From assembly GCF_009914755.1 (NCBI RefSeq), contig NC_060925.1: DNA of 64,000 nt; one strand, given 5' to 3'. Positions 46,830-64,000 of this stretch are shown here, piece by piece. The notes below the pieces were generated by a model, which had not been told where the DNA came from, searched no databases, and was given only the letters and a program-made list of their open reading frames with translations. The DNA is from the human T2T-CHM13v2.0 reference genome, Homo sapiens. The position numbers were made by a program, and so were the translations under genes. Position 1 is the first letter of the stretch. Each line of letters starts with the position of its first letter.

Positions 46830-48478
46830 TTAAATTACTTTTAATTATTTTTATACTTTAAGTTCTGAGATTTTATTATTATACTTTAAGATCTGTGTAG
46901 AACGTGCAGGTTTGTAACATAGGTATACACATGCCATTGTGGGTTGCTGCACCCATCAACCCGTCATCTACATTAGGTATTTCTCCTAATGCTATCCCTC
47001 CCCTAACCCCCCACCCAACCCAACAGGCCCCGGTGTGTGATATTCCCCTCCCTGTGTCCATGTGTTCTCATTGTTCAACTCCCACTTATGAGTGAGAACA
47101 TGTGGTGTTTGGTTTTCTGTTCCTCTGTTAGTTTGCTGAGAATGATGGCTTCCAGCTTCATCCATGCCCCTGAAAAGGACACGAACTCATCCTTTTTTAT
47201 GGCTGCATAATATCCCGTGGTGTATATGTGCCATATTTTCTTTATCCAGTCTATTACTGATGGGCATTTGGGTTGGTTCCAAGTCTTGGCTACTGTGGAC
47301 AGTGCTGCAATAAACATATGTGTGCATGTGTCTTTATAGAATGATTTATAATCCTTTGGGTATATACCCAGTAATGAGACTGCTGGGTCAAATGGTATTT
47401 CTGGTTCTAGATCCTTGAGGAATCGCCACACTGTCTTCCACAATGGTTGAACTAATTTACACTCCCACCAACAGTGTAAAAGTGTTCCTATTTCTCCACA
47501 TCCTCTGTAGTATCTATTGTTCCCTGACTTTTTAATGATCGCCATTCTAACTGGCGTGAGATGGTATCTCACTGTGGTGTTGATTTGCATTTCTCTAATG
47601 ACCAGTGATGACGAGCTTTTTTTCATGTTTGTTGGCCACATAAAAGTCTTCTTTTGAGAAGTGTCTGTTCATATCCCTCACCTACTTTTTGATGGGGCTG
47701 TTTTTTTCTTGTTAACTTGTTTAAGTTCTTTGTAGATTCTGGTATTAGCCCTTTGTCAGATGGACAGATTGCAAAAATTTTCTCCCATTCTGTAGGTTGC
47801 CTGTTCATTCTGATGATAGGTTCTTTTGCTGTGCAAGAAGCTCTTCAGTTTAATTAGATCCCATTTGTCAGTTTTGGCTTTTGTTGCCATTGCTTTTGGT
47901 GTTTTAGTTATGAAGTCTTTGCCCATGCCTATGTCCTGAATGGTATTGCCTAGGTTTTCTTCTAGGGTTTTTATGGTTTTAAGTCTTACATTTAAGTCTT
48001 TAATCCACCTTGAGTTAATTTTTGTATAAGGTGGAAGGAAGGGGTCCAGTTTCAGTTTTCTGCATATGGCTAGCCAGTTTTCCCAACACTATTTATTAAG
48101 AATCCTTTCCCCTTGCTTGTTTTTGTCAGGTTTGTCAAAGATTAGATGGTTGTACATGTGTGGTGTTATTTCTGAGGCCACTGTTCTGTTCCATTGGTCT
48201 ATATATCTGTTTTCGTACCAGTATCATGCTGTTTTGGTTACTGTAGCCTTGTAGTATAGTTTGAAGTTCAGGTAGTATAATGCCTCCAGCTCTGTTCTTT
48301 TTGCTTAGGATTGTCTTGGCTATAACGGCTCTTTTTTGGTTCCATATGATACTTAAAGTAGTTTTTTCTAATTCTGTGAAGAAAGTCAATGGTAGCTAGA
48401 TGGGGATAGCATTGAATCTATAAATTACTTTGGGCAGTATGGCCATTTTCATGATATTGATTCTTTGTATTCATGAGC
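46830..48478 (-). mobile_element. L1PA7-like 5'-truncated element (~1.65 kb; ORF2 C-terminus and 3' UTR)
   Basis: ORF 47075..47641 is the L1 ORF2 Cys-rich C-terminus (HCWWECKLVQPLWKTVWRFL); upstream ORF2 is frameshifted. Confidence 0.95.
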
Positions 48479-48807
48479 AAGGTTTCTCTTTTTATTTTCA
48501 CTGTCTATCTATTGATTTGGTAAATCTGCTCTGTTGGTGTCCATAAGTGCTTAGTCTGCCTTTAGGTAATCACACTCTAAGTGCAGAAAGTGGGGACAGA
48601 TAGAGGAGGAAGGTACTTTTTTTGTATGAGGGCCCAGAGCAAGCCTCTAGGTTTGCTCTACATTAGGGTAGTCCAGACTGTGAGGATCAAATGGAAAACC
48701 AGATGGTGGGACTCTGCTCTGAAATGTACTAAGCGTTTCCAGGCTGGAAGGAAAAATCAGCAATGACTTAGAAGGCCTCATCTATGTGATAAAAACGAAT
48801 TCTCACT

Positions 48808-49200
<393 letters not shown>

Positions 49201-50988
49201 CCTTGTTTATCTCACCAAATCTACCATTAACTAAGTAAGTATTTGCAAAGGAAAATGTACTAAGTACTAATGAATATCCTCCTACCTATATTTTTACCTA
49301 AGACTTTAAATCCTTTAAAGTCTTATATTTCAAAGCTTACAAAGCACTTTTACATGTGATACTCACAACAATTAGGCTGGCCAGGAAGGGACTTTTATCC
49401 CTATTCAGAGATGAGGAAACTGAGACTCAGAAAGTATAAGTGATTTTCCCAGAGTCACATAGCTTGTTAGAATGCAGACCTCCTGATACCTAATATACAG
49501 CTCTTTCTGTTATTTAATTTATCTTCAACCTACTTGCTTATTGTATTTCTCCATCTCTACATTTTCTTCCTTCCAAACAGTGCAAATACAATCCTTGAAT
49601 TAGGGTAGCAGACTGTTATGGAATGATTTTCCTGGGTGTGTAAGGAATAATCTGTTTCAACTTGCTGAATGAATTGTATGGGAAAAACAAATATGGGTTT
49701 AGTTCATTTAATTCTCAATGGATTCTCCTTAGAGAAGAGCAAGATGCTAAGGAATGATATTTACCTCCAGCCTTATATTATTCTGCAGAGTTGTCACCAT
49801 TTATTTATATGTCTATTTCTCTTTTCAGACCTTAAGCAAACTGAAGAGACTTTGCCATATTTATCTCTTTATTCTGACCCCCAAGCAGTGCTTGGTGTTT
49901 AGCAGATTTTTAAAAAATGAACACCAAATGAGCATTTGGTTCCACATACATCTGCATTATAAGTTCATATCTGCTAAATGGATTTGTCTGTAAAATCATT
50001 ATCTGCTGGTGCTCAAAAACAGTGAAATAAGGATTATGGCAAATCTGACATGACACTCTTTCAGGTTACTACTTATTATATCAAAGATTGAGCCTTTAAT
50101 ATAATGTTAGACTACCTGGTTATTTTTGTAAACTCCAGTAATCAACAGTTTTAAACAGAGAAATTTCAAAATAGTTTGTGTAGGACTATAAAAACAGAGA
50201 TGAATTCACAAGTAGCAAGTAACTTCCAAGTCCTAACTGAGATTGTCTTGCTTTGCTAGAATGTAAGTCTCTGGAATTTCTGATGGAGATGTTTAGAAAA
50301 GATTCTTTTTCATCTGGATAGAAGTGGTATGTGGGAGTCAGCTAAAAAGCTGGATTTAGGACTGGCTTACTAATTTCTTTAGTGACAGAATTTCAAACTA
50401 TGGATTGCCATCTCAGTGTCTGCTTTAGATGAAACTGGCTAACTAGTGAGAGTTTATGTTAAGGCTAAACCAATCCAGAGACAATGTACACATCTGCCTG
50501 GTAACCTAGGATGGAGCCTGTACATTTTTCAAGAACGATGCCTCAGTTTAGATCCGGTCATCACTAACTCACAGATTATGGCATTAACCTGTTAATCAAG
50601 TCTCCTAACTTCCAGTTTTTCCCCATACAATTTGTTCATCCACTTACACATTTATAAAATATTTACTGCACACCTACAAGATGTAGGCCCTGTGTTAGAA
50701 ACTGGAGATAAGATGAGTAAGACAGTTTCCTTCTCTCATTAGTTGTATGAGATACATATATAAGCTTAGAAAGGAAGTCAATATATAGGAGGGTCTATTA
50801 TGGTTTAGTCATTTTACATATGCTCTTTCTTTTCATTCCCACAATACCACAATGGGGTATTACTTCTACTTGACAGATGGGGAAACTGAGACTTGAATTG
50901 GCTATGTAACTTGCCAATGGTGTATATCTCATAAGGAACTGAATCAGGTTTTGTATGTATTCTAAAGCCTATGTTCTTTCCACTAAAC

Positions 50989-51142
50989 CAGTGGTTCTTA
51001 AATTTTAAGATACATAGAAATCACTTGTTATACAGGAAATTTGTGAAAACACAGACTCTCTGGCCCACCTGCAGAGATTCTGATTCAGTAGGTCTAGCTT
51101 GGAAGCCAAAGGTATGCTCAAAGACCATAGTTTGAAAAGCAC
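50989..51142. mobile_element. MER5-family element
   Basis: cagtggttcttaa...cagagattctgattcagtaggtcta...tttgaaaagcac. Confidence 0.8.
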
Positions 51143-51574
51143 GGTAGTTCAGACAGCAAACAAAATAACAGAAATTATAACAAAATGGTATTATCATAAA
51201 GATAGGAACAAAGTGAGTAAGCAAATGTCATACCTATCAAATTAGTTTCCTAAATTGCAAATCTAATCTTGCTAATTTCCTGCTTAAGAGAAGCGATGAA
51301 TACTTACTGCCCACAGTTTAAGGTTCAAGCTTTATAGCAGAACATAGACATACCTTCAAAAAAATGTGCCCTAATGCACATTTTCAGCCTTCTCCCTCCT
51401 CACTTCTGTCTATAAACAACCCCTTCTTGCCTTATTGAATTACTTCTTTCCCACATATCCCAAGCCATTTGACACTTCCAAGCTGTATCACATACCCAAA
51501 TTTTTATGTTCTTCTTTCTTAATCCAAATGATTCTTCCTACTCATTCTTCCAAACTTAGTTTATATTATTAGTA

Positions 51575-51805
51575 TTACTGCAGATAATATTTCCTGATTA
51601 TTTACTAGATGTCAGGCACCAGTCTAAGCACTTTACATGTATCAACTGATTTAATCTTCACAACAATCTTATCAAGTGGCTACTAACTGAAGTACGTGAG
51701 GCACAGAAAGATTAAGTGATTTTTCTCAAGATTATACAGCTGCTAGGTGGAAGAGCTAGGATTTGAATTCAGGCAATATAGCACTGCAAACTCTTAACCA
51801 CCAAC
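51575..51805 (-). mobile_element. MIR SINE
   Basis: tgtcaggcaccagtctaagcactttacatgtatcaactgatttaatcttcacaacaa. Confidence 0.85.
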
Positions 51806-53559
51806 TTACAGTTATCTCTCATGAGTCATGGACTCTTCCATTTACCCAGGGCCTAATTCAAACCCTATCTCTCTTTAGATTCACCTAGCCTATCCTCATC
51901 TCTTATTCTTCTGAACTTCCTTCCATTCCACTTGTTCGTGGACTATATCCCTCCGTTTTGAACCAATCTGGTCTCTAACAGCTTCAGGTACTGAGTTTTC
52001 ATTTTTAGAGATAAGTGGCAAGTACCCTAAAGGTAGAAACCATATTACCCTGTATACCTTGGCTTGGACTTGTCACATGGCAGACACTGAATGAATTTTT
52101 CTTGGACCGAAATACCAAGCACGCATTTTACCAACTAAACTATATTCAGTGGTTAAAGAGATAGCACATGAATGGGTAGAGTCCCTCCAAAGTGAAGAGG
52201 GAGTGAGTAGGCAGGTATATGTTAGACAGCTCCTTTCTTGACAAAAGACTAAGAAGCAAATGCAAAATGGCTCTCAAGCATATGTAGGTTTGTTCTCCAT
52301 GGTTGGCTGGTCCTGACTTTCAAAGTGAAATCCTGTAGTTCAATCTTCCAGTAAACAGTAATTAGATATCTACAGCTATACATTCAAATTTATCTTTGGA
52401 TTAAAAAGCTGCATAGAAGGTTTCACTCCCTTTCCAGATAAGAGATTTTCACAAACACTTTGGATTGGTTGCAAAGTTGAATCTATCTACTGCTTTGCAG
52501 CATGAATAAACTAGTTCAGGATTACAAAGTGTATGTTCTTTGTCTCAGTTACACCTGGAATATTTGCAGTGAACAGACTCCATAGGTTGTATTCTTTGTA
52601 TTTACATATCATTATTCTAGTATATCTTTTCCTCAGGGTAAATATTTTACAACTACAAAAATGGTATAATCAAATACATTCATGTGCATGTAAGAGATTT
52701 ATGAAAAAGAGAATTTAAGGCAGTATTTTTCTAATAAAAGTGCATGTACAAATTTTTTAAAAGAAAAATGCTATTTAAAAACAAAATGCTAGAATTCAAA
52801 ATCATTTGCAAATCTTTTTCCCCAGCCCCTGCCCTTACATACTGGATACCCCCATTATAAGATAACTATTTAATTTGAATTAAGATAAAATAACACTAAA
52901 AGGAGAAAAAGTAACAACACAAAAGGCCTGACTCTGTAAGTGATCTTGGGCAAATAACTCATATAGGTCTCAGTTTCCTAAACTGTAGAATAATGAAGTA
53001 AGATTAAGTAAATTCTAAAGTTCCTTTCAGATAAGCCTAGATTAAAAATAACAGCAATAATAGATACTTTTATTTACATAGTGCTTATTACATACTAGGT
53101 ACCAGTGCATGTTAATAGCAGGTAGGTACTATTATTATCCCCATTTTATTTAAGAGGAAATTGGAAACTGGCAATAGGTCAGAGGCCCAGGAATGTATTT
53201 TAAACAAGCTCCCCAGGTGATTGTGATACTAGTAGTCACTGTACTATATTTTGAGAACTCCCACACCAATGGCTGCAGTCTATATTAGGAAAGATTGTGC
53301 AATCCCAACTGTTGTCTGTCAAATAAGATATTTTTCCAATTAGCATATGACTTGGGAAAGTCATTAAATGCTCTGTGTTACAGTTTCCTTTTCTATAAAA
53401 TGGGTATAATAAAACCTGCCTTACAGATTTTGCAAATGGCCTAGTCTTATGCCTATAATGGTCACCATTATCAAAGGCATCCAAAAAGTTATTAAAACAA
53501 ATGAAAGAACAATAAAATTTTGTTAAAACCCATTTTAAAGTCCATTAAATAAACTTACT

Positions 53560-54540
<981 letters not shown>

Positions 54541-54659
54541 TTCCCAAAGCTGTGCAAAGCTGTGATGTGTATTTTAGCATACAAGCAGTGAATTTCTTCA
54601 GTGAAACAACAGTGGGCAGTTGATAATTCCAAAAGCAAATCTATTAAAATAGTTTTCAC

Positions 54660-54937
54660 GGCCAGGCACGGTGGCTCACGCCTGCAATTCTAGCACTTTG
54701 GGAGGCCGAGGTGCGAGAATCACGAGGTCAGGTGTTTGAGACCAGCCTGGCCAGCATGGTGAAACCCTGTCTCTACTAAAAATACAAAAATTAGCCAGGT
54801 GTAGTGGTGGGCACCTGAAATCCCAGCTACTTGGGGGGCTGAGGCAGGAGAATCGCTTGAACCAGGAGGCGGAGGTTGCAGTGAGTCGAGACCACGCCAC
54901 TGCACTCCAGCCTGGGTGACAGAGCGAGACTGTCTCG
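54660..54937 (+). mobile_element. AluS
   Basis: Dimer; TSD aaaatagtttt flanks the Alu plus its expanded tail. Confidence 0.93.
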
Positions 54938-55101
54938 AAAGAAAGAAAGGAAGGAATGAAGGAAGGAAGGAAGGAAGGAAGGAGGGAGGGAGGGAGGGAG
55001 GGAGGGAAGGAGGGAGGGAGGGAGAGAAGGAAGGAAGGAAGGAAGGAAGGAGGAGGGAAGGAGGGAGGGAAGGAAGGAAGGAAGGAAGGAAAGAAAGAAA
55101 A
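54938..55101. repeat. (GGAA)n/(GGAG)n compound microsatellite from an Alu tail
   Basis: Read directly. Confidence 0.95.
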
Positions 55102-56175
55102 TAGTTTTTACTAGTCTGCTACAATTTTTGATAGGGGCGTTTTGCCTATATATGTCCAGGCATAAAACCAAAAACCTCTAACACATTTTGGTGTGGTTTA
55201 TGCTAAAAATACTCTGCAAAGATGAGTATAATAGGAAATGAGAAGTATGTATGGCTATTGTTAAAGTGAAATATCTAATCTGAAATTAGAATCTTTCTGC
55301 CTAACCAAGTATCCCTAACTTAATTATGATGTGTGTTATTGGCTGATAGTGTACTCCTCCAATCTAACCATCAATTGGAAAAGTACCCTTCTTTCTTCTA
55401 GAAGATACTTCTCCACAAGTCTACCTGCCACAATGCTGCTAATTTGTTGTCTCAGCTTTAAAAAATTTGCCCTGGTGAGGCCTAACTCTGCTAGGCAGCT
55501 CTAACACCCTACATGTATCTCCATCACGGAATTTATGTCATAATACATGCAATCCTTTGTTTGCATGTCACTGATCATCTAAAGGAATGCATCATCCATA
55601 TATCTCCTGGTGTTGAGCACAATGCGGATATATAGCAAGTCCCTAAAAAATGTGTAGATTTAATGGTCAAAACAAATTAATGGTAGTTTACCTACTAAAT
55701 GTCTACATATCATCCTTTAAGACTCAAATGTTTACTCCTTAAGAAGTCTTGTTTGTGTCATTTCCGTATCATACTTATTGCCATTGCTGTTTTTCATACC
55801 ATATTGCAAGTACCTGTTTCCTGGGATGATAGGTAATTGGAAAGAATAACCAGGGTCAAGGCAAATCTGTAACTGGAAGAAAAATGCCAGATAATTCTCA
55901 GTATCCCCCATGAGAGGCATGAAAATCAGGATAAAGTAATTTGGAGAGGTAAAAGTGACATGTCAAAAATACTAATGGAAGGCAACTGAGTATCCTTCTC
56001 TGTATTTTTTCTACACAAATTGTCTACGATCTGCAAACTGGACCAACATGAATTCAACTTCTTTACACTATTTCTTTGCTCATGTTTTCCCAATCTTGCA
56101 ATCATCTCTCCTTTTACCTCTGCACATGCAAACTGTACTGTACTTTCCAGAACCAGATCAAATCTTACCTCTTAG

Positions 56176-56478
<303 letters not shown>

Positions 56479-58354
56479 TTATTAAAGTCCTTTCTGACTA
56501 TAAAGATTGTTCCTTCTGAATTCTTCTAGATCATATAACAAATCTTTGCTAGGGATACTTTTTGTAAGGATATGCTTTGGTTCTCCAACTTTAGATGACA
56601 AATTCCTTAAAGAACAGGACTGGCACTCATACTGTTTTTTATATATTAATTCATTATTTTTAATTGACAAAAATTGTATATATCATGTATAATCTGATGT
56701 TCTGAACTATATATACATTGTAGAATGGCTATATTGAGCTAAGTAACACATGCATAACCTCACATACTTATTGCTTTTTATGGTGAGAACTCACACTATT
56801 TTTTTAATGTCCCCAGAAACAACCAGTAGTAGTCCCTCAGTTTAGTAGTAAACAAGGTAAAGGTACAATGCACATGAAAGTGTACTTTCAGCTCCCAAAT
56901 TCTCGCAAACATGGCCATATAAGGCCCCATGGGAAATAAAAATTCATGAGGAATATGACTGTCTCCAAACATAGGAATTCAAGTTAGTGTTATATTTAAG
57001 GCAAGAACAGTTTCTTCCAATTCTTTTTAAAAGAATCTGTATAAGAAGAAAAAATGTTTCTAGGTGCCTGTCAGGTTTAAGACATTGGGAAGGTCTCAAT
57101 AGCCTCTTGAGAAGGCTTTAGAAGGTTTCAATTTTTATTTGGAAAATACTAAGATGGCTACTTTTTAAATGTTACATAAAAGAAAATACAACTAGATATA
57201 TTACCCCCAAAGTCAGCTAATATTTCATAACTAGAAAATTAAACATACTTTCTTAGGCCTTGCCATTACTGAAAACAAAAAGTGGACAGGTTGGGCCAGC
57301 TATTTAACAATGAATGCTTTTACAGTAATAAATGGTGACAGCCCAAATCAAAAAAGAATGCATTACTGAGATATCATCAATTGTGTTCTGTCATTACATG
57401 GCAACTCCACCCAGTCTAAGCTTGTCAAAAAGTGTTACTGTAATCCACGAAGAAGTCTTCACCTCAGGCAAAAGGGAAAAATGTGGAGGGCTGGCTCTGA
57501 ACAGGTGTGCTGAATTGTAACGCCAATGTTGAGTCACAAATCTCTTTACATCAGTTTCATATATGACAATTATTAACTTCTACTGTGAGGTGTCAGACAT
57601 GGATAAACTGATCTATCAGCAGGCACTTTAAGAACAACAAATGTAAACAGGGACGGTATGGATATATCTTTTTAAAAGTGAGCATTATTCCATGCACAAA
57701 AGTAGAAGTACGCAATTAAGAGAAACTTTCTTATTCTAATCTAGTGAATATAATATTTGCGAATATGGCAATGTCTCATCTGCTCTTCAGATCATCCCAC
57801 TCAGATCCTACCTAATCTTGGTAAGAGCACTGATTCAGTTTATCCCATAAATCTTTAATATAATTGTACCTCAGTTTTACAAGGGATCATGAGGTATCAA
57901 AAGCCTGTAAGTGTGTATTCTGGCCTTTACACAGTTGTATTACCTTGGGCAAATTGCTTAACCTCTATAAGCCTCAGTTTCCTCTCTCCTCAGTAAATGG
58001 GGGCAATTACTATCTCTTAAGATTATCATAAAAACTAGAAGAGATGATTTAAAGGAAGTATCTAACAAAGTGCTTGGCCCTAGCAATTCACAGCACAAGC
58101 TTAGTCTCTTCTTTAAGATACTTCACCTGACTCCTTACTTCCCTACAAAATAAAAGTTTGGAATTTAATACAGAGTAACAAACTGCTCAGGATTAAAGTT
58201 CATGAAGGCAGAGCCCAAATCCTTTCCACTCTATGTCAGTTCCCAGTAGTACCCCGTAAGTACTGAGCCCAAGAATCAATAACTTTTCCAATTTCCAGCC
58301 CATAGTAACCTGTCGCTTCTCTGCACTCAAGAATTGAAAACTATATTATTTGTG

Positions 58355-61300
58355 CTCTTTATTATTATTGTAAAATATACATAACATACAATATAGTATT
58401 TTAAGTATACAATTTAGTGGCATTAAGTACAATCATAATGTTGTGAAACTATCACCACCATCTATTTCCTAACATTCTCATTACTCAAAAAGAAACTCTG
58501 TACCCTTTAAGCAATAACTTCCCAATTTACCCTACATCTTTAGTTCCTGGCAAACTCAAATCTACTTTCTGTCCCCATAAATTTGCCTATTTGATTGTTT
58601 TCAAAAATTTGCCTATTGATGAATCATACATTTGTCCTTCTGTGTCTAGCTTATTTTACTTAGCATATTTTCAAGATTCATTTATGTTGCAACATTTATC
58701 AGTACTTCAATCCTTTATTAAGGCTAAATAATATTCCATTGTATGGATATACCATATTTTTATCCATTAATCTGTTGATAGATATTTGGATTATTTCCAC
58801 TTTTTGGCTATTATGAATAATGATGCAATGAACTTTCAGGCACAAATACCTATTTGAGTCCCTGTTTTCAGTTCTTTTGGGTATATGGCCAGGAGTGGAA
58901 TACCTGGTTCAAATGGTTACTCTATATTTAACTTTTTGAGTAGTCAACAAACTGTTTTCCATAGCAGCTGCCATTTTACATCCCAATCAGCAATGTACAA
59001 GGGTTCTAAATTTGTGTCTACATCCTCATAAATTCTTATGTTCCATTTTTAAAATTATAGCCATCCTTCTAGGTATGAAGTGGCATCTTATTTGTGGCTT
59101 AGATTTGTATTTCCCCAAAGACTACTGACATTGAGCATCTTTCCATGAGCTTGTTGGTCATCTGTATATCTTTGAAGAAATGTCTATTCAAGTCTTTTGC
59201 CGATTTTTTAATTGAATTGTTTAATTTTCTGTTGTCGTGTTGTAGGAGTTAATATATTTAATATATTCTGGATATTAAACCCTTATCAGATATATGATTT
59301 GCAAATATTTTCTTCCATTCTGTGGGTTATCTCATTCTTTTTTATGGATGTATAGTACTCCATGGTGTATATATACCACATTTTCTTTATCTAGTCTCCC
59401 ATTGATGGGCATTTAGGTTGATTCCATGTCTTTGCTATTGTGAACAGTGTTGCAATGAACATAGACATGCAAGTGTCTTTATAACAGAACAATTTATATT
59501 CCTTTGGGTAAATACCCAGTAATGGGATTGCTGAGTCGAATGGCATTTCTGCCTGTAGGTCTCTGAGGAATTGCCACACTGTCTTCCACAATGGTTGAAC
59601 TAAATTACACTCCCACTAACAGTGTGTAAGCGCTCTCTTTTCTCTGCAACCTCGCTAGCATCTATTTTTTTTTTTTGACTTTTTAATAATAGCCCTTCTG
59701 ACTGGTGTGAGAAGGTATCTCATTGTGGTTTTGGTATGCATGTCTCTAATGACCTGTGATGCTGTGATTTTTATTCATATAATTGTTGACCACATGTATG
59801 TCTTCTTTTGAAAAGTGTCTGTTCGTGCCCTTTGGCCACTTCTTAATGGGGTTGTTATTTGTAAATTTAAGTTCCTTATAAATGCTGGATATTAGACCTC
59901 TGTCAGATGTACAGTTTGCAAAAATTTTCTCCCATTCTGTAGGTTGTCTGTTTACTCTGCTGATGTGTGTTTTGCTCTGCAGAAGGTATTTAGTTTAATT
60001 AGATCCCATTTGTCAATTTTTGCTTTTGTTGCTATTGCTTTTGGCATTTTTGTCATGAAGGCTTTGCCCATGCCTATGTCCTGAATGGTATTGCCTAGGT
60101 TGTCTTCTAGGGTTTTTATAGTTTTGGGTTTTCCATTTAAGTCTTCAATCTATCTTGAGTTAATTTTTGTATATGGTGTAAGGAAAGAGTCCGGTTTCAA
60201 TCTTCTGCATATGGTGAGCCAGTTATCCCAGCACCATTTATTGAATAGGGAGTCCTTAACCCATTGCTTGTTTTTGTCAGCTTTGTCAAACATCAGATAG
60301 TTGTAGGTGTGCGGTCTTATTTCTGAGTTTTCTATTCTGTTCCATTGGTCTATGTGTCTGTTTTTGTACCAGTACCATGTTATTTTGGGTACTGCAACCC
60401 TGTAGTATAGTTTGAAGTCAAGTAGCATAATCCCTCCATCTTTGTTATTTTTGCTTAGGATTACTTTGGCTATTCAGGCTCTTTTTTTTGGTCCCATATG
60501 AATTTTTTTTTTTGAGACAGAATCTTGCTCTGTTGCCCAGGGTGTAGTGCAGTGGTGAGATCTTGGCTCACTGTAACCTCTGCTTCTCAGGTTCAAGTGA
60601 TTCTTCTACCTCAGCCTCCCAAGTAGCTGGGATTACAGGCACCTGCTACCATGCCTGGCTAATTTTTGTATTTTTAATAGAAGCAGGGTTTCTCCATGTT
60701 GGTCAGGCTGGTCTCAAACTCCTGGCCTCAGGTGATCCACCCGCCTCGGCCTCCCAAAATGCTGGGATTACAGGCGTGAGCCACTGTGCCTGGCCCCCAT
60801 ATGTATTTTAAAAGTTTTTTTCTAGTTCTGTGAAGAATCTCAATGGTAGTTTAATAGGAATAACACTGAATCTATAAATTGCTTTGGGCAGTATGGCCAT
60901 TTTAACAATATTGATTCTTCTTACCTTTGAGCATGAAATGTTTTTCCATTTGTTTGTATCTTTCAGATTCCTTACAGCTAGTGTACAGAGATACAATAGA
61001 TTCGTATGGGTTAATTTCATATCCTACAAGTTTGCTGACTTTGTTTTAAGCTCAGTTTTTTTGTTGGTGTGGAATCTCTAGGGTTTTCTCATGTAAGATC
61101 ATGCCATCTGCAAATAGAGATAATTTTACTTCTTCCTTTCCAATCTGTATGCCTTTTATTTCTTTTTCCTACCCTGGCTAGAAGTTACAGTCCTATGTCA
61201 AAAGGCAGCAGGGAAGTTGGAATCCTTGCTTTTTTCCTGATCTTGGAAGAAAAGCTTTGAGTGGTTCACTATTGAGTACGATGTTGGCTGTGGGTTTTTC

Positions 61301-61410
61301 ATATGTGGGCTTTATTATGCTGAGGAAGTTCCCTTTTTTTCCTATTTAATTGTGTGTTTTTATGATGAAAGGGTGTGGATTTTGGCCAATTTTTTTTCTG
61401 TGTCAGTTGA
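58355..61410 (-). mobile_element. L1 cluster: L1MB (~58355-59330, ~60960-61410) with a younger L1P segment (~59330-60960) containing an AluS (~60503-60795)
   Basis: L1MB 3' end (caatttagtggcattaagtaca); better-preserved ORF2 peptides in ORFs 59391..59591, 60150..60428 and 60808..61020. Confidence 0.88.
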
Positions 61411-61778
61411 CTCTTGTTAGTATCAGAGTTACAGATTATGTTGCATAATAATGTGAATGCAAAATACCTGCATGTATATTTCCAGTACACTCTTTCATCT
61501 TAATTTGTGTTCCCTATAATTCATTGGTAAAGAAGCTGACATTAATTCCTTTAATACTGAGTACATGATACTCACCCAGATGCAAACCACAAACTTTAGG
61601 AAAATTTTTAAGATCATAACTTTTAGATAATAAAAATGAAACATAACATTTAAATAATACTAATGATAGTTTCTAAACAGTAGAAGGTAATTGATATCGT
61701 TTGCGATATTTCACAAAGGTTATTTATATCCAGTTTAATGACTCCTGTTTTGACCTGTAGGTTAGCTTTCATATCCCA

Positions 61779-63090
<1,312 letters not shown>

Positions 63091-63418
63091 AGTCAACAGT
63101 ACTGATTCTGCCTCATCTTTTAAAATTTAACTCAGCTTGCAAAATAATCACTAAGTGAAAAACTTCTGTAATATATATTTCTCACTGATAATAGAATAAA
63201 GAGTGATGACTACTTCCACCTCTTCAACATTCATACAGCACATATGACAAGAACTGATTCTTACTTTGCACACATTAGTAGTTTCATCCAACTGTAAAGT
63301 ATCTCTCTAGTAGTGTTCACAATATACTTATCACTCTTCCATTGACCACCCCATTACCATTGTATATGCCATCCAACAGTGTCATTTGATGAAGTATTTA
63401 ACCCAAGAACTTACTCTG

Positions 63419-63804
<386 letters not shown>

Positions 63805-64000
63805 TAGCTTCTTATGGCCAATTTTGCAGGGGCTTTACAAGTTTCTTGGCAATAGCAGGGTTTGCATCCATTTTTACCTTGAGTGTACTTATAAACAATT
63901 TCTCCTCTGGGATTTTGCATCTTCTCTGCTTTTAGCAATAGATTTTTTACTTTAGTGATATTATTTTTCTTCTGTTCTAAAAAAAATTCTATTGATTTAA

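Noticed and set aside
47075-47641. Longest ORF (188 aa) as a host gene or domesticated protein
   Set aside because: L1 ORF2 C-terminus of a truncated, frameshifted L1PA copy.

Overview
Primate genomic DNA (human or a close relative, judged from AluY/AluS, L1PA and THE1/MST elements) lying entirely inside the 3' part of FAF1 (Fas-associated factor 1, a p97/VCP UBX cofactor), transcribed on the minus strand. Three coding exons are present, all phase 0 with GT-AG boundaries: 27411-27331 (81 nt), 26275-26198 (78 nt) and 11285-11070 (216 nt, most of the UBX domain). The terminal exon lies off the left edge and the preceding exon off the right edge. The rest is intron, dominated by interspersed repeats (about 30 Alu elements, L1PA/L1M, L2, CR1/L3, MIR, Tigger3, MER5/58/103, a MaLR solo LTR), a Y3-RNA retropseudogene and simple repeats. 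Nearly all ORF-track entries are repeat-derived noise. I see no convincing new biological system. The best leads are a 25-nt poly(A)-tailed retro-insertion of unidentified origin, inverted Alus around two in-frame exons (possible stop-less circRNA), a candidate Alu poison exon behind a long (GGAA)n tract, an L1 block with an inversion and ~800 bp of unique palindrome-rich DNA, a locally templated insertion, a 270-bp tandem duplication and a few enhancer-like unique segments. Repeat boundaries and subfamilies were called by eye and are approximate (about +/-10-30 bp).
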